This document shows positions 1 through 12,884 of a stretch of 64,000 bases of DNA, piece by piece. A program made the position numbers and the translations under genes. The stretch comes from Mobula hypostoma (lineage: Eukaryota), in NCBI RefSeq assembly GCF_963921235.1, contig NC_086108.1, positions 79,424,001-79,488,000 of the forward strand, given 5' to 3'. Position 1 is the first letter of the stretch; each line of letters opens with the position of its first letter. The notes beneath the pieces were generated by a model, which saw only the letters and a list, made by a program, of their open reading frames with translations, had not been told where the DNA came from and did no database searches.

Positions 1-47
1 ACATCTTCAAGGTAAGGTGCCTCAAAAACCAGCGTCCATCATTTAAA

Positions 48-1250
48 TCTGAGTCATGTTTAATATCACTGGTGTGTATCGTGAAATTTGTTAACTTAGC
101 GGCAGCAATGTATGTGTATATGTGTATATAGTTCAAGGGTTCAATGTCCATTTAGGAATCGGATGACAGAGGGGAAGAAGCTGTTCTGGAATCACTGAGT
201 GTGTGCCTTCAGGCTTCTGTACTACTTGATGGTAACAGTGAGAAGAGGGCATGTCCTGGGTAATGGGGATCCTTATTAATGGATGTTGCTCTTCTGCGGC
301 ACCACTCCTTGAAGATGTCTTGGATACTTCTGAGGCTAGTACCCAAGATGGAGCTGACTGATTTTACAATTTCCTGTAGCCTCTTGCGATCCTGTGCAGT
401 AGCTTCCCCACACCCCACTCCCCCATACCAGACGGTGATGCAGCCTGTCAGAATGCTCTGCACGGAACATCCGCAGAAGTTTTTGAGTGTTTTAGGTGAC
501 AACTCACATCCCCTCAAACTCCTAATGAAATATAGCCTTTTTACAGCTTCTTTATATATTGGGACCAGGTTAGATCCTCAGAGATCTTGACATCCGGGAA
601 CTTGAAATTACTCACTCTCACCACTTCTGATCTCTCTGTGAGCATTAGTTTGTGTTGCTTCATTTTACCCTTTCTGAAGTCCACAACCAGCTGTATGGTC
701 TTACTGACATTGAGTGCATGGTGGTTGCTGCAACACCATTCAATTAACTGGTGTATCTCGCTGCTGTGTGCCTCTCGTCTTCATCTGAGATGTTGCCGAC
801 AATGGTTGTATCATCAGCAAATTTACAGATGGCATTTGGCTATGCCTAGCCACACAGACATGGGTGTTTTATGAGTAGAGCAGTGGGCTAAGCGCACACC
901 CCTGAGGTTTGCCAGTGTTGATCATCAGCGACAAACAGACATTATTATCAATTTGCATAGATTGTGGCCTTCCTGTCAGGAAGTTGAGGATCCAATTGCA
1001 GAGGGGGTACGGAGGCCTGGGTTCTGTAGCTTTTCAATCAGAGCTGTAGGAATGATGGTGCTAAATGCTGAGCTGTAGTCAATGAACAGTATCCTCAATA
1101 GGTGTTTGTATTGTCCAGGTGATCTAAGGCCACATGAAGAGCCATTGAGATTGTAGACCTATTGTGGTGATAGGCAAATTGAAATGAGTCCAGGTCCTTG
1201 CTGAGGCAGGAGTTGATTCTGGCCATGACCAACTTCTCAAAGGATTTGAC
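48..1250 (-). mobile_element. Rex1/Babar-clade LINE, degraded 3' part (RT C-terminus and 3' UTR)
   Basis: Minus-strand translation gives SILTGCITVWYG...AQDRKRLQ...KDPHYPGHALFSLLPS (ORF 209-517), typical of the Rex1 ORF end. Closely similar to the copy at 9617-10878. Confidence 0.85.
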
Positions 1251-1739
1251 AATGAAACTGTCATTGTGATTTCATTTATACTCTGGACTTTTTATAATTT
1301 TATGAGTAGTATTGAGGCCAGTTTTAAAATTTAAAATTTTTATGTCTTCTGAGTAAATTAATTCAAATTTAGAACAAGAATGTCTTGAAGAAGAATACTT
1401 TCATGCAGATTCACACTGTCAAACACAGACAAAGACTTTGTGAAATAAATGTCTTTCTTTTGTTTCCCATATCTTTACCTCACCTGGATGTGGCAATATT
1501 TCTTTGTTTATAGTGGACACAAATACTGTGTTGTTATCCCAAAGTATAGCAATGTAAGAATTAGGACCAGAGGTACCACACCTGGTCCTTCAATTCTACT
1601 CTGCCATTTATCAACATCATGGCTAATGTTCTGATGGAGGAAATTTGTCCTATTCGAAGTCCTTAATAATCTACCCTTCATTTTGAGCTCTCTGTCTGGA
1701 CATTTTAGCCAGAGGAAACATCCTCTTTCCAACTGGTAA

Positions 1740-2050
1740 TATATATAGGCATCCGTTAGTCTCATGAGACCGTGGATTTGTGCCTTGGAAGGTTTCCAGG
1801 GCGCAGGCCTGGGCAAGGTTGTATGGAAGACCAGCAGTTGCCCATGCTGCAAGTCTCCCCTCTCCACACCACCGATGTTGTCCAAGGGAAGGGCATTAGA
1901 ACGCTTACAGCTTGGCACCGGTGTCGTTGCAGAGCAATGTGTGGTTAAGTGCCTTGTTTAAGGACACACACGCTGCCTCAGCCAAGGCTTGAACTAGTGA
2001 CCTTCAAATCACTAGACGAATGCCTTAACCACTTGGCCACATGCCAACAC
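1740..2050 (-). mobile_element. tRNA-derived SINE, family A, copy 1
   Basis: Minus strand: A box TGGCCAAGTGG, B box GTTCAAGCC, CORE-like GTGTCCTT..CAAGGCACTTAACC. 12-bp TSD tccaac(t/c)ggtaa at 1728-1739 and 2051-2062. Homologous to 53880-54186 and 56713-57018. Confidence 0.9.
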
Positions 2051-2329
2051 TCCAACCGGTAAAGACCTTTGTTTTTAAAATATTATTCTTCAATCAATTC
2101 TTCAATGAGATTAAATTTCATTGTTCTGCACTCCTAGACTTGGGACCTGCCATCCAAAAACCCAACTACAATATCTTTGTTACACTGCCTCTGTGGTAAG
2201 AATTTTGTTTTTTCAGTTTAGAAGACCAATACTTTAGTTTTACAGTACTTCACTTGATGTTTAACCATTCCCCCATATAAGTATTGTAAGACATCTTTAC
2301 TCGTATACTCAAATATTCTCTCAATAGAG

Positions 2330-2740
2330 ACCAGTTTACCATTTATTTCCTAATTGCAGGCAGCACCTGCATGTTAGCTTTCAGTGACCTGTGTACAAGG
2401 ACACTGAGGTGCCTTTGAGCATCAACATTTTCTGCCTTTTTAAAAGGTGCTTAGCTTTTCAGTTTGGGACACAAGACACATTATCTTTCCATTTGCCATC
2501 TTCTCATCCGCTCACTTAGATTGTTTATATCCCCTTCAGGACCCAGACTACATCCTTCTTCCTCTTGATCATCCCATATTACCATCTGTAACTATAGAAG
2601 TATATTTGATCCACTTAAAATCAAAATCATTGATATGGACTGTGAGTAACTGGGGTCTAATCGCTGATCCCTATACCATCCACAGACTGCAGTGTGCAAA
2701 CATAGAAAAGACCTATCCATTTCCACTTTTTCTTGTGTGG
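2330..2740 (-). mobile_element. Old CR1 LINE fragment (RT region)
   Basis: Degenerate similarity to the CR1 RT region at 7500-7950 (acaaggacactgaggtgcctttg; gctgatccctat). Confidence 0.5.
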
Positions 2741-3354
2741 ATGTGTATTTTTGCTGGTTGAAATTCTCCGATCATTCCCTCTCCGACTGTTCAGAAATCC
2801 TGCTGGTTCATTGATTAGCACACCAGATAATGCCCTTGGTCTCCCCTAGGTGTCTGATTCCTACACTTCCCTGCAATAGTCTGGTGTACTGAAAACTTTA
2901 TTGTAACACTATATGGCATCTTAAAAATAATTATAAATAGTTGAAGCATTAACATGACTAACATCTGATAGCTTGAGAAACTGCTTGTGCATCACCATCA
3001 AAGTCTTGGGTGTGCTGGATTACTGGAGTTTCACTGTATAAGAAAGCCAGAGCAGGGTAAACAACAACCTCTCTGCCGAACTCTCTCAGTGGGTCACTGA
3101 GTATCTACAAGGGAAAAGGATTGAAACCCTTCATCAGAACCTGATAATATCCTCTTACTCCGACACCCTGCCCCCGCCACCCCAGTAATAGCACCACTCC
3201 ACCAAATCAATAAGCATGACTGGGAACCCACAGCATGAAAATTAAGAAGTTCGTTCATGTTGCCAGCTAGGAATCACTCATTCATCTGTTTCAAGTTGCC
3301 ACAAAAGTTAAGCTGGTTTGTCAGGTTTATTTATTTATTTAATGACTGACTGTC

Positions 3355-3595
3355 TGAGATACGGCGCAGAACAGGCTCTCCGGCCCCTCGAGCCACACCG
3401 CCTACCATTCCCTGATTTAATTCCAGCCTCAACATGGGAAAACTTACACTGACCACTATGTCTCTGGCTCATGGGAGGAAGCCCACACAGATCCGAGAGG
3501 AATGTACAAAGTCCGTACAAGTAATGGCAGGAAGTGAACTGGTGTCGCGTGTACTGTAAAGCGTTGTGCTAACCACTACACCAATGTGCTACCCT
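3355..3595 (-). mobile_element. V-SINE (HE1-like) remnant
   Basis: Minus-strand tRNA-like head GTAGTGGTTAGCAC, V-domain-like ...GTGGGCTTCCTCCCA, and a CR1-like tail gggccggagagcctgttctg. Confidence 0.65.
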
Positions 3596-5413
3596 CATTA
3601 TACCACTGTGGTGCTGATTTTAATTTTCATAAAATTGAAATCAATGTATTTTCTATTTGCCTCAGTTGTTTAGTGGTTTTATATTTTGCCCTCTTGACTT
3701 CGAGCTGCAAGGACTACATGATTCTTATCTTTGGTCCTTGTCTTACTCTAAGGTGGAAATGCTAAGGACTGCTTCACTGCAGATGAGCAACTAATTATCA
3801 TTAATAACTCAATTGAATAATGTTGGGTGTTAAATGTGAACAGCACTTCGGCGCAATGCTGTCCAATTTGTCAGAGTTTACAAGTAACTGAGCTCATAAA
3901 TTAATGATCACTTTGTTAAGTTGCTGGTGGATTGACATTATTTATAGAGCCAAAGATGTACAGCACAACCCCCTGCCCCCCCCCAGGACAAAAAAGGCTG
4001 GGAAAGGTATTTGTATCAGTGATTTCTGTCTTTGTATTAGCTACCTGTGCTTATCTGGCAAGTGATGTGTTTGGAGATTTCTTTTAAAAAAATTTGTCAT
4101 CCATTCCAATTTGAATTGCTGAGATGTATACTTTTAAAGCAGTGGCCTGTGAATAAAATTGCTAATTTTATACGGTAAATTTGTACAAGAAGAAACTCCC
4201 CCTGTAACTTTGAGGTCTAAAGCAGGATTAGAATAGCACGGTTTGAGCTGCGGTCAGCTTAGATTTTAAGCAGTTTGGCAAAGTTAGAGAGAAGGCAACT
4301 GGCAAACCGCATTCTTGGATCAGTTGCCATTAACAGCAACATATTGTGTATGTTGATTCCTTGGCCAATTGAGTTAGTGGTTTGGCTCAAAAGGAGGTTT
4401 TCTAGCGAAATGAAATGGTCTTGCATTCCAAACAGTAAAGTGTTGTGCCTCCATCTGAAGAGCTGGAGATTTAAAGTTGGTTATTATAGCACTTGGGTTA
4501 CTTTATCTTTTTTTTTATTATTCCTGTTTATTTTAGCTTTAAAGCTTGATATTCAATGTGCTCCAATGATATTCATCGCCAAGATTCATGCCACAGGAGT
4601 GCAGCAGATCTGCAGACAACATGATTTTCTTCTATCTTTACAGTGGAGTTGTTTAAAAATTTCAGTTAGGGTTGGGAACACTATATTAATATCCATAATG
4701 TTAGGTTGCTGTATTAGTGTAATGTCATGATGCAGAATCTGGACAAAGTTGATTCACTTCATTTGCTTGCTTCATGTTCTGCCTTTTGGGCAATTCATTT
4801 ATGGTTTTCTACATTTTTATTGCAATGAGCATTTTTTTGATCTATATTAGGTCACTTCCTGTACAGCCAGGAAGTAGTAAGTAGAAAAGCGCAATGGCTG
4901 GCAGTAGGCCGGAGGCTTATGTTAGGAGTGAAATAAGTTTTTAACCAAAAACATCCTGTTATTTACCCAGCAGAAGCATTGCTTTTAAGTTACTGTTATA
5001 TTGTTTAGAAGTTAAGCTTAAGGTAGCAATATGATTTTGCTGAAATAGAATGTCATTTTTGAGTTTATTAGATAATAACCTAGCTGCTAATGGTTTACAC
5101 ATTATTTATTTGTCAGAAACTTATAATATTTACCTGCAGGAAACTTAGCTAAGTTCTTACTTACCTCTGTATATTTACCTGTGTGAATGGAACAACCTGG
5201 TGATTTTACTGTATTTTGTTGTTGTTTCTCTTTTTCACTCCCTACTCAATATGTCATGCCATTAAGTCTGCAATAAAACCAAAGAGCTAGAAGGCTACCC
5301 CATGACTCTCATGTCATTTTTGGATGGAGTTTGGCTGACTGTCTAGTTGATATTACAACACCTCAGCGAGGGCCGTACACTTCACTATTGCTTCTGCTAT
5401 ATTGGAATCTGTA

Positions 5414-6435
5414 CAAGTCAAGTTTATTGTTATTTAACAATATATATGTAAATAACCATATAATGTATATAGAAACGAGGCAGCATTTCGCCAGACCAGG
5501 GTGTAAAGCACAATAGTACACGTAACACACAATAACTTAGGAAAGTAAAGATAAAATCTACAGATAAATCATGCATAAATTACAAACTAGAGTGTATAAA
5601 TTAAATATTGTAAGGTATGGAACATTAACCAATGACACTTTGAATATGATGTGGCTGGGAGCTCAGTAACCTAATGGCCTGAGGGAAGAAACTGTTTCTC
5701 ATTCTGACCATTCTTGTTTTTATGCATCATAGTCTCCTGCCTGGTGGTAGAAAGTCAGAGGATGCTGGATGGATGGCTGGGATCCTTAATGATACTGAAG
5801 ACTCAGCGTACGCAGCAGTCCTGATAAATCTTCCAGATGGATGGTAGGGAGACCCCTATGATCCTCCCTTTATCCCTTGAGGATAAAGGGGAAGCCTTTT
5901 AGGACTGAGATTAGGAAAAACTTCTTCACACAGAGAGTGGTGAATCTGTGGAATTCTCTGCCACAGGAAACAGTTGAGGCCAGTTCATTGGCTATATTTA
6001 AGAGGGAGTTAGATATGGCCCTTGTGGCTACGGGGATCAGGGGGTATGGAGGGAAGGCTGGTGCAGGGTTCTGAGTTGGATGATCAGCCATGATCATAAT
6101 AAATGGCAGTGCAGGCTTGAAGGGCCGAATGGCCTACTCCTGCACCTATTTTCTATGTTTCTATGTTTCTATTCTCACAGTCATTTGTAGGGACTTCCAG
6201 TCCAATGCACGGTTGTTCCCATACTAGATGGAGATGCAATTTGTCAGGATGCTCTCAATGGTGCTCCTGTAAAATACAGTTAAGATGGGGTGGGGAGAGC
6301 TTTGTTCACCTCAATCTTCTTAGGAAGTGGAGGTGTTGCTGTGCCTTGTTCAGGGAAGTGATATTAAGGGACCAGCTGAGGTCATCCATGATGTGAACTC
6401 CCAGGAACTCGGTGCACTTAACTCTCTACTGTGCA
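5414..6435 (-). mobile_element. Rex1/Babar LINE 3' fragment, interrupted by a CR1 tail
   Basis: Starts with a caagtcaagtttattg tail. Contains Rex1-like 'gtcaggatgctctcaatggtgc' and 'ctcaatcttcttaggaagtggagg'. Confidence 0.75.
5876..6170 (+). mobile_element. CR1 LINE 3' end (5'-truncated), nested in Rex1
   Basis: ORF2 C-terminus RKNFFTQRVVNLWNSLP...FKRELD, 3' UTR gggccgaatggcctactcctg, and a (TTTCTATG)n tail. Confidence 0.92.
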
Positions 6436-6573
6436 CTCCAAAAAACTAGTCACCATTCTTGAGGGGTAACTTTTGAAGTGGGTTACAAATTGTTTGAAAA
6501 ATTAAGAATCCGGTATCTGTAGGCAAATCTTTATCAGTGCTGGGGAAAAAAAAACTGTACTTCATCAGATTCT

Positions 6574-6658
6574 AAACACAAGATGCTGGAAATCCAAAGC
6601 AACACACAAAAAGTGCTGGAGAACTCAGCAAGCCGGGCAGCATTTATGGAAATGAATC
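6574..6658 (-). mobile_element. Penelope-like element terminal fragment
   Basis: gatgctggaaatccaaagcaacacacaaaaagtgctggagaactcagc is the reverse complement of the 3' end of the Penelope copy at 39520-40785. Confidence 0.8.
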
Positions 6659-8911
6659 TGCTGTTCTCCATGAATCATTTGAAGAGCTGACTAGTTTGTC
6701 ACTTAAAGTTCTATATTGTTTTCAGGTTGTCACTATGTATTTGATTATCCATTTAGTATTTATGCCAGTGTTAATAAAATTGTTTTACTCCATCCGAAGC
6801 TTCTTTTTCAACTGAAAATGTATATAATATTGCTGTTGATATTGAAGTTATGTTTAAAAAAAACAATAAGACTGGTTTTAAAATAAGTTAGGTGTGTTTC
6901 AGTATTTTATTCTTCTTTCCCTACTCAACATCACAGAGTTTAACATCATTGACAAAGCCATAAGACCATAAAATATAGGAGCAGAATTAGGCCATTTGGC
7001 TCGTTGAGTCTGCTCCACCATTTCATCTTGAATGATCCAATTTTCCTTTCATCCTCTGTCTTAAATATACATAAATATTTAGGCTCCACAGGTGCCTGTG
7101 GCAAGGAATTCCATAGATTCACCACTCTCTGGCTAAAGAATTTCCTCCTCATCTCCATTCTACCAGGATGCCCTTCTATTCTGAGGCTGTGTCCTCTGGT
7201 CTTAGACTCTCCCATCATAGGAAATATCCTCTTCACATCCACTCTATCAAGGCTTTCACCATTCAATAAGTTTCAATGAGGATTCTTATGAATTCTAGTG
7301 AATACAGGCCCAGAGCCATCAAATGCTCTTCACGTGACAAGCTATTGAATCCTGGAATCATTTTCAAAAAAACCTCCTTTGAACCCTTTTCATTTTCAGC
7401 ACATCCTTTCTAAATTAAGTGGCCCAAACCTGCTTACGTTACTCGAAGTGTGGCCTTACCAGTGCTTATAAAGTCTCAACATTACATCCTTAGTTTTACC
7501 GTATATTCTAGTCCTCTTGAAATGAATGCTAACATTGCATTTGCCTTTCTCACCACAGACTTAACCTGCAAATGAACTTTTAGGGAATCCTGGATGAGGA
7601 CCCCCAAGTCCCTTTGTGCCTCAGTTTTCTGTATTTTCTCGCCATTTAGAAAATAGTCAGCACTTTCATTTCTTCTACCAATGTGCACGACCATACACTT
7701 CCCGACACTGTATTCCAACTGCCATTTCTTTGTCCATTTTTCTAATCTGTCTAAGTTCTTCTGTAGCCTCTCTACTTCCTCAAAACTACCTGCCCCTCTC
7801 CCTATTGCCATATTGTCAGCAAACTTCAATTCATCCAAATTATTGACATATAACGTATAAAGAATTAGTCCCAACACAGACCCCTGTGGAACACCACTAG
7901 TCACCAGCAGTCAACCAGAAAAGGCTCCCTTTATTCCCACTCTTTGCCTCCTGCCAATCAACCACTGCTTTATCCATGAGAGAATCTTTCCTGTAATACT
8001 ATGAGCACATAGCTTGTTAAGCAGCTACATGCATGGCACCTTCTCAAAGGCCTTCTGAAAATCCAAGATCACAAGATCAATCAATTCTCCTTTGTCCTGT
8101 TTGTTATTTCTTCAAGAATTCCAACAGATTTGTCAGGCAAGATTTTCCCTTGAGGAAAGCATGCTGACCGTGGCCTATTTTATCATATGCCTCCAAGTAC
8201 CCTGAGACCTCATCCTTAATAATCAACTCCAACATCTTTGCAACCACTGAGCTCAACCTAACTGGCATATAGTTTCCTTTCTTCAACCTTTCTCCCTTCT
8301 AGAAGAGAGGAGTGACATTTGCAATTTTCCAGTCTTCTGGAATTATTCCAAAATCTAGTGTTTCTTTAAAGAATCATTACTAATGCCTCTACAATCTCTT
8401 CATCTACCTCTTTCTGAACCCTATGGTGTATACCATCTGGTCCAGGTGATTTATCTGCCCTCAGACCTTTCAGTTTCCCAAGAACCTAAACTCTAGAAAT
8501 GGTAACTTCATGACCCCTGATACCTGGAACTTCCACCGTCCTGCTACTGTCTTCCACAGTGAAGACTGATTCAAAATACTTATTCAGTTCGTTCGCCATT
8601 CTGTTGTGCCCTTTCACTACCTCTCCAGCTTCATTTTCCAGCCCTGCAATATCCGCTCTTGCCTCTCTTTCACACTTTATGTATCTGAAGAAACTTTTGG
8701 TAACTTTTAAAATATTATTAACTAGCTTACTTTCGCATTCCATCTTTACCTTCTTAATGACTTTTTTAGTTGCCTTCTGTTAGGTTTTAAAAGCTTCCCG
8801 GTCTATGAATTGTGCTCTATTACAGGTCCCCTCTTTGGCTTTGACTTCTCTTGTTAGCCACAATTATGTCATCTTGCCTTTAGAGTACTTCTTTCTCTTT
8901 AGGATTTATAT

Positions 8912-9217
8912 TGCCCAGTCTTTTTTTCTCTCTGTTTAGAATAGTGTTTTCTTTTTTTTTTATATAAAAATTTCTAATAGTCTTTCCTTTCTTCATAAAT
9001 TGTTAAGTAGAGAATGAATTACATTCCTTTTTTCTGTATTATACATTCTATATCAAATTTATACTTTGTAGATCAACACTATGTGATTCCTGATATTGTT
9101 TATTTTATTTTCTGTATGTACTGTTATTGACGTATATACCAGAGATATTCTCCTCCTGTTTGTATACACACTTTAAACAAAAAATCAATAAAAAGATTGA
9201 AAAAAGAAAAGAAAGAA
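8912..9217 (+). mobile_element. L1-like 3' UTR with A-rich tail, inserted in CR1
   Basis: T-rich UTR, then AATAAA and an aaaaagaaaagaaagaa tail. 11-bp TSD aggat(t/g)tatat at 8901-8911 and 9218-9228. Confidence 0.7.
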
Positions 9218-9616
9218 AGGATGTATATATCCTGTGCCTTCTGAATTGCTTCCAGAAATTCCAGGCATTGCTCCTCTGCCGTTATCCCTGCCAGTGTTCT
9301 TTTTCAATCAATTTGGGCCAACTCCTCTCTCATGTCTCTGTAATTTCTTTTACTCCATTGCAATACTGATACATCTAACTTTTGCTTTTCCTTCTCAAGT
9401 TTCAGGAAGAATTCGATCATATTATGATCATTTGCCCTGAAGAGTTCATTATCATTAAGCTCTCTAATCAATTCTGGTTCATTGCACGACACCCAATCCA
9501 GAATAGCTGATGCCCTAGTGGGCTCAAGCACAAGCTGTTTTAAAAATCCATCTTGTAGGCATTCTTGAAATTCCCGCTGATACGATCCAACACCAACCTG
9601 ATTTTCCCAACTACCT

Positions 9617-10878
9617 CAGAATCAGGTTTATTATCACCAGCATGTGACATGAAATTTGTTAACCTAGCATCAGCAGCAGTTCAATGCAATATAGAATCTA
9701 GCAGAGAGAGAGAAAAAAAATAAAACATAATAAATAAACAAGAAAATTAATTACGTATATTGAATAGATTTTTTAAAAATGTGCAAAACAGAAATACTGT
9801 ATATTTTTTTTAAAAAAGTGAGGTAGTGTCCAAAGCGTCAATGTCCATTTAGGAATCGGATGGCATAGGGGAAGAAGCTGTTCCTGAATCACTGAGTGTG
9901 TGCCTTCAGCCTTCTGTATCTCCTACCTGATGGTAACAGTGAGAAAAGGGCATGCCCTGGGTGCTGGGGGTCCTTATTAATGGACACTGCAGTTCTGAGA
10001 CACTGCTCTTTGAAGATATCCTGGGTACTTTGTAGGCACGTACCCAAGATGGAGCTGACTAGATTTACAACCTTCTGCAGCTTCTTTTGGTCCTGTGCAG
10101 TAGCCCCTCCATACCAGACAGTGATGCAGCCTGTCAGAATGCTCTCCATGGTACAACTATCGAAGTTTTTAAGTGTATTTGTTGACATGCCAGATCTCTT
10201 TAAAGTCCTAATAAAGTATAGCCGCTGTCTTGCCTTCTTTATGACTACATCAATATGTTGACGCCCAGGAACTTGAAGCTGCTCACTCTCTCCACTTCTG
10301 ATCCCTCTATGAGGATTGGTATGTGTTCCTTCATCTTACTCTTCCTAAAGTCCACAATCAGCTCTTTTGTCTTACTGACATTGAGTGCCAGGTTGTTGCT
10401 GTGGCACTATTCCACTAGTTGGCATATCTCACTCCTGTACGCCCTCTCATCACCACCTGAGATTCTACCAACAATGGTTGTATTGTCAGCAAATTTATAG
10501 ATGGTATTTGAGCTATGCCTAGCTCAGTCATGTGTATCTAGAGAGTAGAGCAGTGGGCTAAGCACACACCCCTGAGGTGCACCAGTGTTGATCGTCAGCG
10601 AGGAGGATATGTTATCACCAATCTGCACAGTCTGTGGTCTTCCGGTTAGGAAACCAAGGATCCAATAGCAGAGGGAAGTACAGAGGCCCAGGTTCTGCAA
10701 CTTCTCAATCAGGATTGTGGGAATGATAGTATTAAATGCTGATGTGTAGTCGATGAACAGCATCCTGACGTATGTGTTTGTGTTGTCCAGGTGGTTTAAG
10801 CTGTGTGGAGAGTCATTGAGATTGCAGCTGCAATTGACCTATTGTGGCAATAGGCAAATTGCAATGGGTCCAGGTCCT
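9617..10878 (-). mobile_element. Rex1/Babar LINE, 5'-truncated, nested in CR1
   Basis: RT motifs [15 protein letters not shown] and [14 protein letters not shown] (10524-10763). C-terminus HPGHALFSLLPSGRRYRRLK (9889-10188). tcagaatcagg tail. Confidence 0.92.
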
Positions 10879-12884
10879 TTTAATACAATGTATACCCTTG
10901 AACATAAAGCTCTGAGGTATAATCTCCTGTCAGCCATGATTCACTGATGCCTATAACATCATACGTGCCAATCTGCAAGTGTGCTACAAGTTCATCTACT
11001 TTATTCCATATACTGCACGCATTCAAATACAACACCTTCAGTCCTGTATTCACCCTTTTTGATTTTGTCTGCCTTTTATGTCGCAACTCATCCTGTTGAC
11101 AGCAATTTTGCCCTGTCAACAGCTTTTCCTCACTACACATTGCTTCTGTTTGTAAACCATCTACCTCATCTTCAGCACTATTATCCGCTTTTCCTACAAT
11201 ACTCTTGCATTGAAGTGTATGCAGCTCAGGACACTAGTTGTACCATGCTCAATCTTTTGATTCCTGAGTTTGTCTGAGGTCTTACCAACATCTGTCTTCA
11301 CAACCTCTCCACTCACTGTTCTGGCATTCTGGTTCCCTTCCCCCTGCAATTCTAGTTTAAACCCCGCCTTGCAGTGTTAACAAACCTTCCCATGAGGATA
11401 TTAGTGCCCTTCTAGTTCAGGTGCAGACTGCTCCATCTGTACAGGTTCCACTTTCCCTGGAAGAGAGCCCAATGATCTAAAAATCTTATGCCCTCCCTCC
11501 TACACCAACTCCGTAGCCACGTATTAAACTGTATAATCTTCCTAGTTCTGGCCTCACTAGTGCATGGCATGGGTAGCAATCTTGAGATCACAACCTTGGT
11601 TGTCCTGCCCTTTAAATTAGCACCTAACTCTCTATGCAGAACCTCGTCACTCGTCCTACCCTTGTCATTGATACCTACATAGACCACAACTTTTGGTTGT
11701 TCACCACAGTATGCCTCTTCTCCCTCTTCCCTTCTGAGCTGCAGAGCCCGACTCAGTGCCAGAGACCTGATCACTGTGACCTTTCTCTGTTAGACCAACA
11801 CCCGCAACAGTGTCCAAAGTGATAGAGCTGTTGTTGAGGGGGATGGCCACAGGAGTACTCTGCACTGGCTCCTTAACCGCTTTCCCCTTCCTGACTGTCC
11901 CGTCTCCTGTGTCCTGCACCTTGCATGTAACTACCTCCTATCTATCCCCCCTCAACCTCCCAAGTGATCCAGAGTTCATCCAGTTCCAGCTCCAGCTGCT
12001 TAACACAGATTGTTAGAAGCTGCAGCTGGATGTACTTCTTGCAATTGCAGTCGTCAAGGACACTGAAAGTCTCCCAACTTTCCTTCATCCCACCAGAGGG
12101 GCATTCCATTTTCTTCTCTTTTGCTTTCTCTGACTGAAGCCTCAAAGAACTAATCCCTCACTATCACCACTCTGACTCTGTCCACTCAGACAACTGCTGC
12201 CCTTGCCCCTCCCTGCCTTGCCTCTTGCTAATCAATCCCAAATGCTAGTTGGTTGCTGGTCAAAGCTCTTTTTCGCTGTTGTGAACTACTGCTGATTTTT
12301 CTACTTGGACAATGGACCTGAGTGAAATCCCTTCCTCAAAATTTCTGATGTATGGAATGGTTGCTGATCAAAGCTCTTTTTTATGTGTAATGAAAGCCCT
12401 AGCTTTGGATTTGATACACTGAATAGAATTTGCTGTTACGATGTCAAACTGCTGTTTAAAAATGCTAGCTGGCAAAAAAATGACAAACCATGCGGCAAAA
12501 TCAGACTTACTCACCATATACCAGCAGGCCCTAGGACCAGAAAGAATTCCATCTATTGAAAGTAGAGCTTGATTATGAAACTAATCAAGTTGTTCATTAT
12601 GAAAGAATATTCTTCATAATTGCCTGTTGATTCTTTAGGAAATGGGAGCAAGCCATTCAGCTCCTCTTGGTTTGGATCATGGTTCATGTACATCTTGCTC
12701 AGGAACTCACCTTTGTTCCATTTTGATATTCTTACCAAACAAAAGCTCATCGTTCTCTGTCGTGGAGCATCCACAGACATTTGGTACCATTTGAACTCTT
12801 AGCTGTAGTGGTGGAATATAAATGCTCCAGAATTGATCACACCAAAAGCTGTGCGCTTTCGCTGCTGTGTATTGTTAGGCAGAT

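Larger units (their letters stand above)
6958..12110 (-). mobile_element. Near full-length degraded CR1 LINE (ORF1 esterase-like domain plus ORF2 APE endonuclease/RT), interrupted by L1 and Rex1 insertions
   Basis: Collinear minus-strand fragments: ORF1 VVVYVGIND..WCRREGIRFLDHW (11412-11774); endonuclease YLNACSIWNKVDEL..IGISESWL (10880-11140); NDHNMIEF (9304-9531); KGKSCLTNLLEF (8104-8286); SGVPQGSVLG..KFADN (7482-7904); FFSQRVVNLWNSLP and a (cttatgg) tail near 6958. Confidence 0.92.

Noticed and set aside
1764..1961. Repeated small protein family (also 56732-57058)
   Set aside because: The similar peptides are translations of SINE family A copies, not genes.
4275..4730. 151-aa ORF as a host exon
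   Set aside because: It has a TTG start, includes a low-complexity T-rich stretch, and shows no recognisable domain or convincing splice boundaries.
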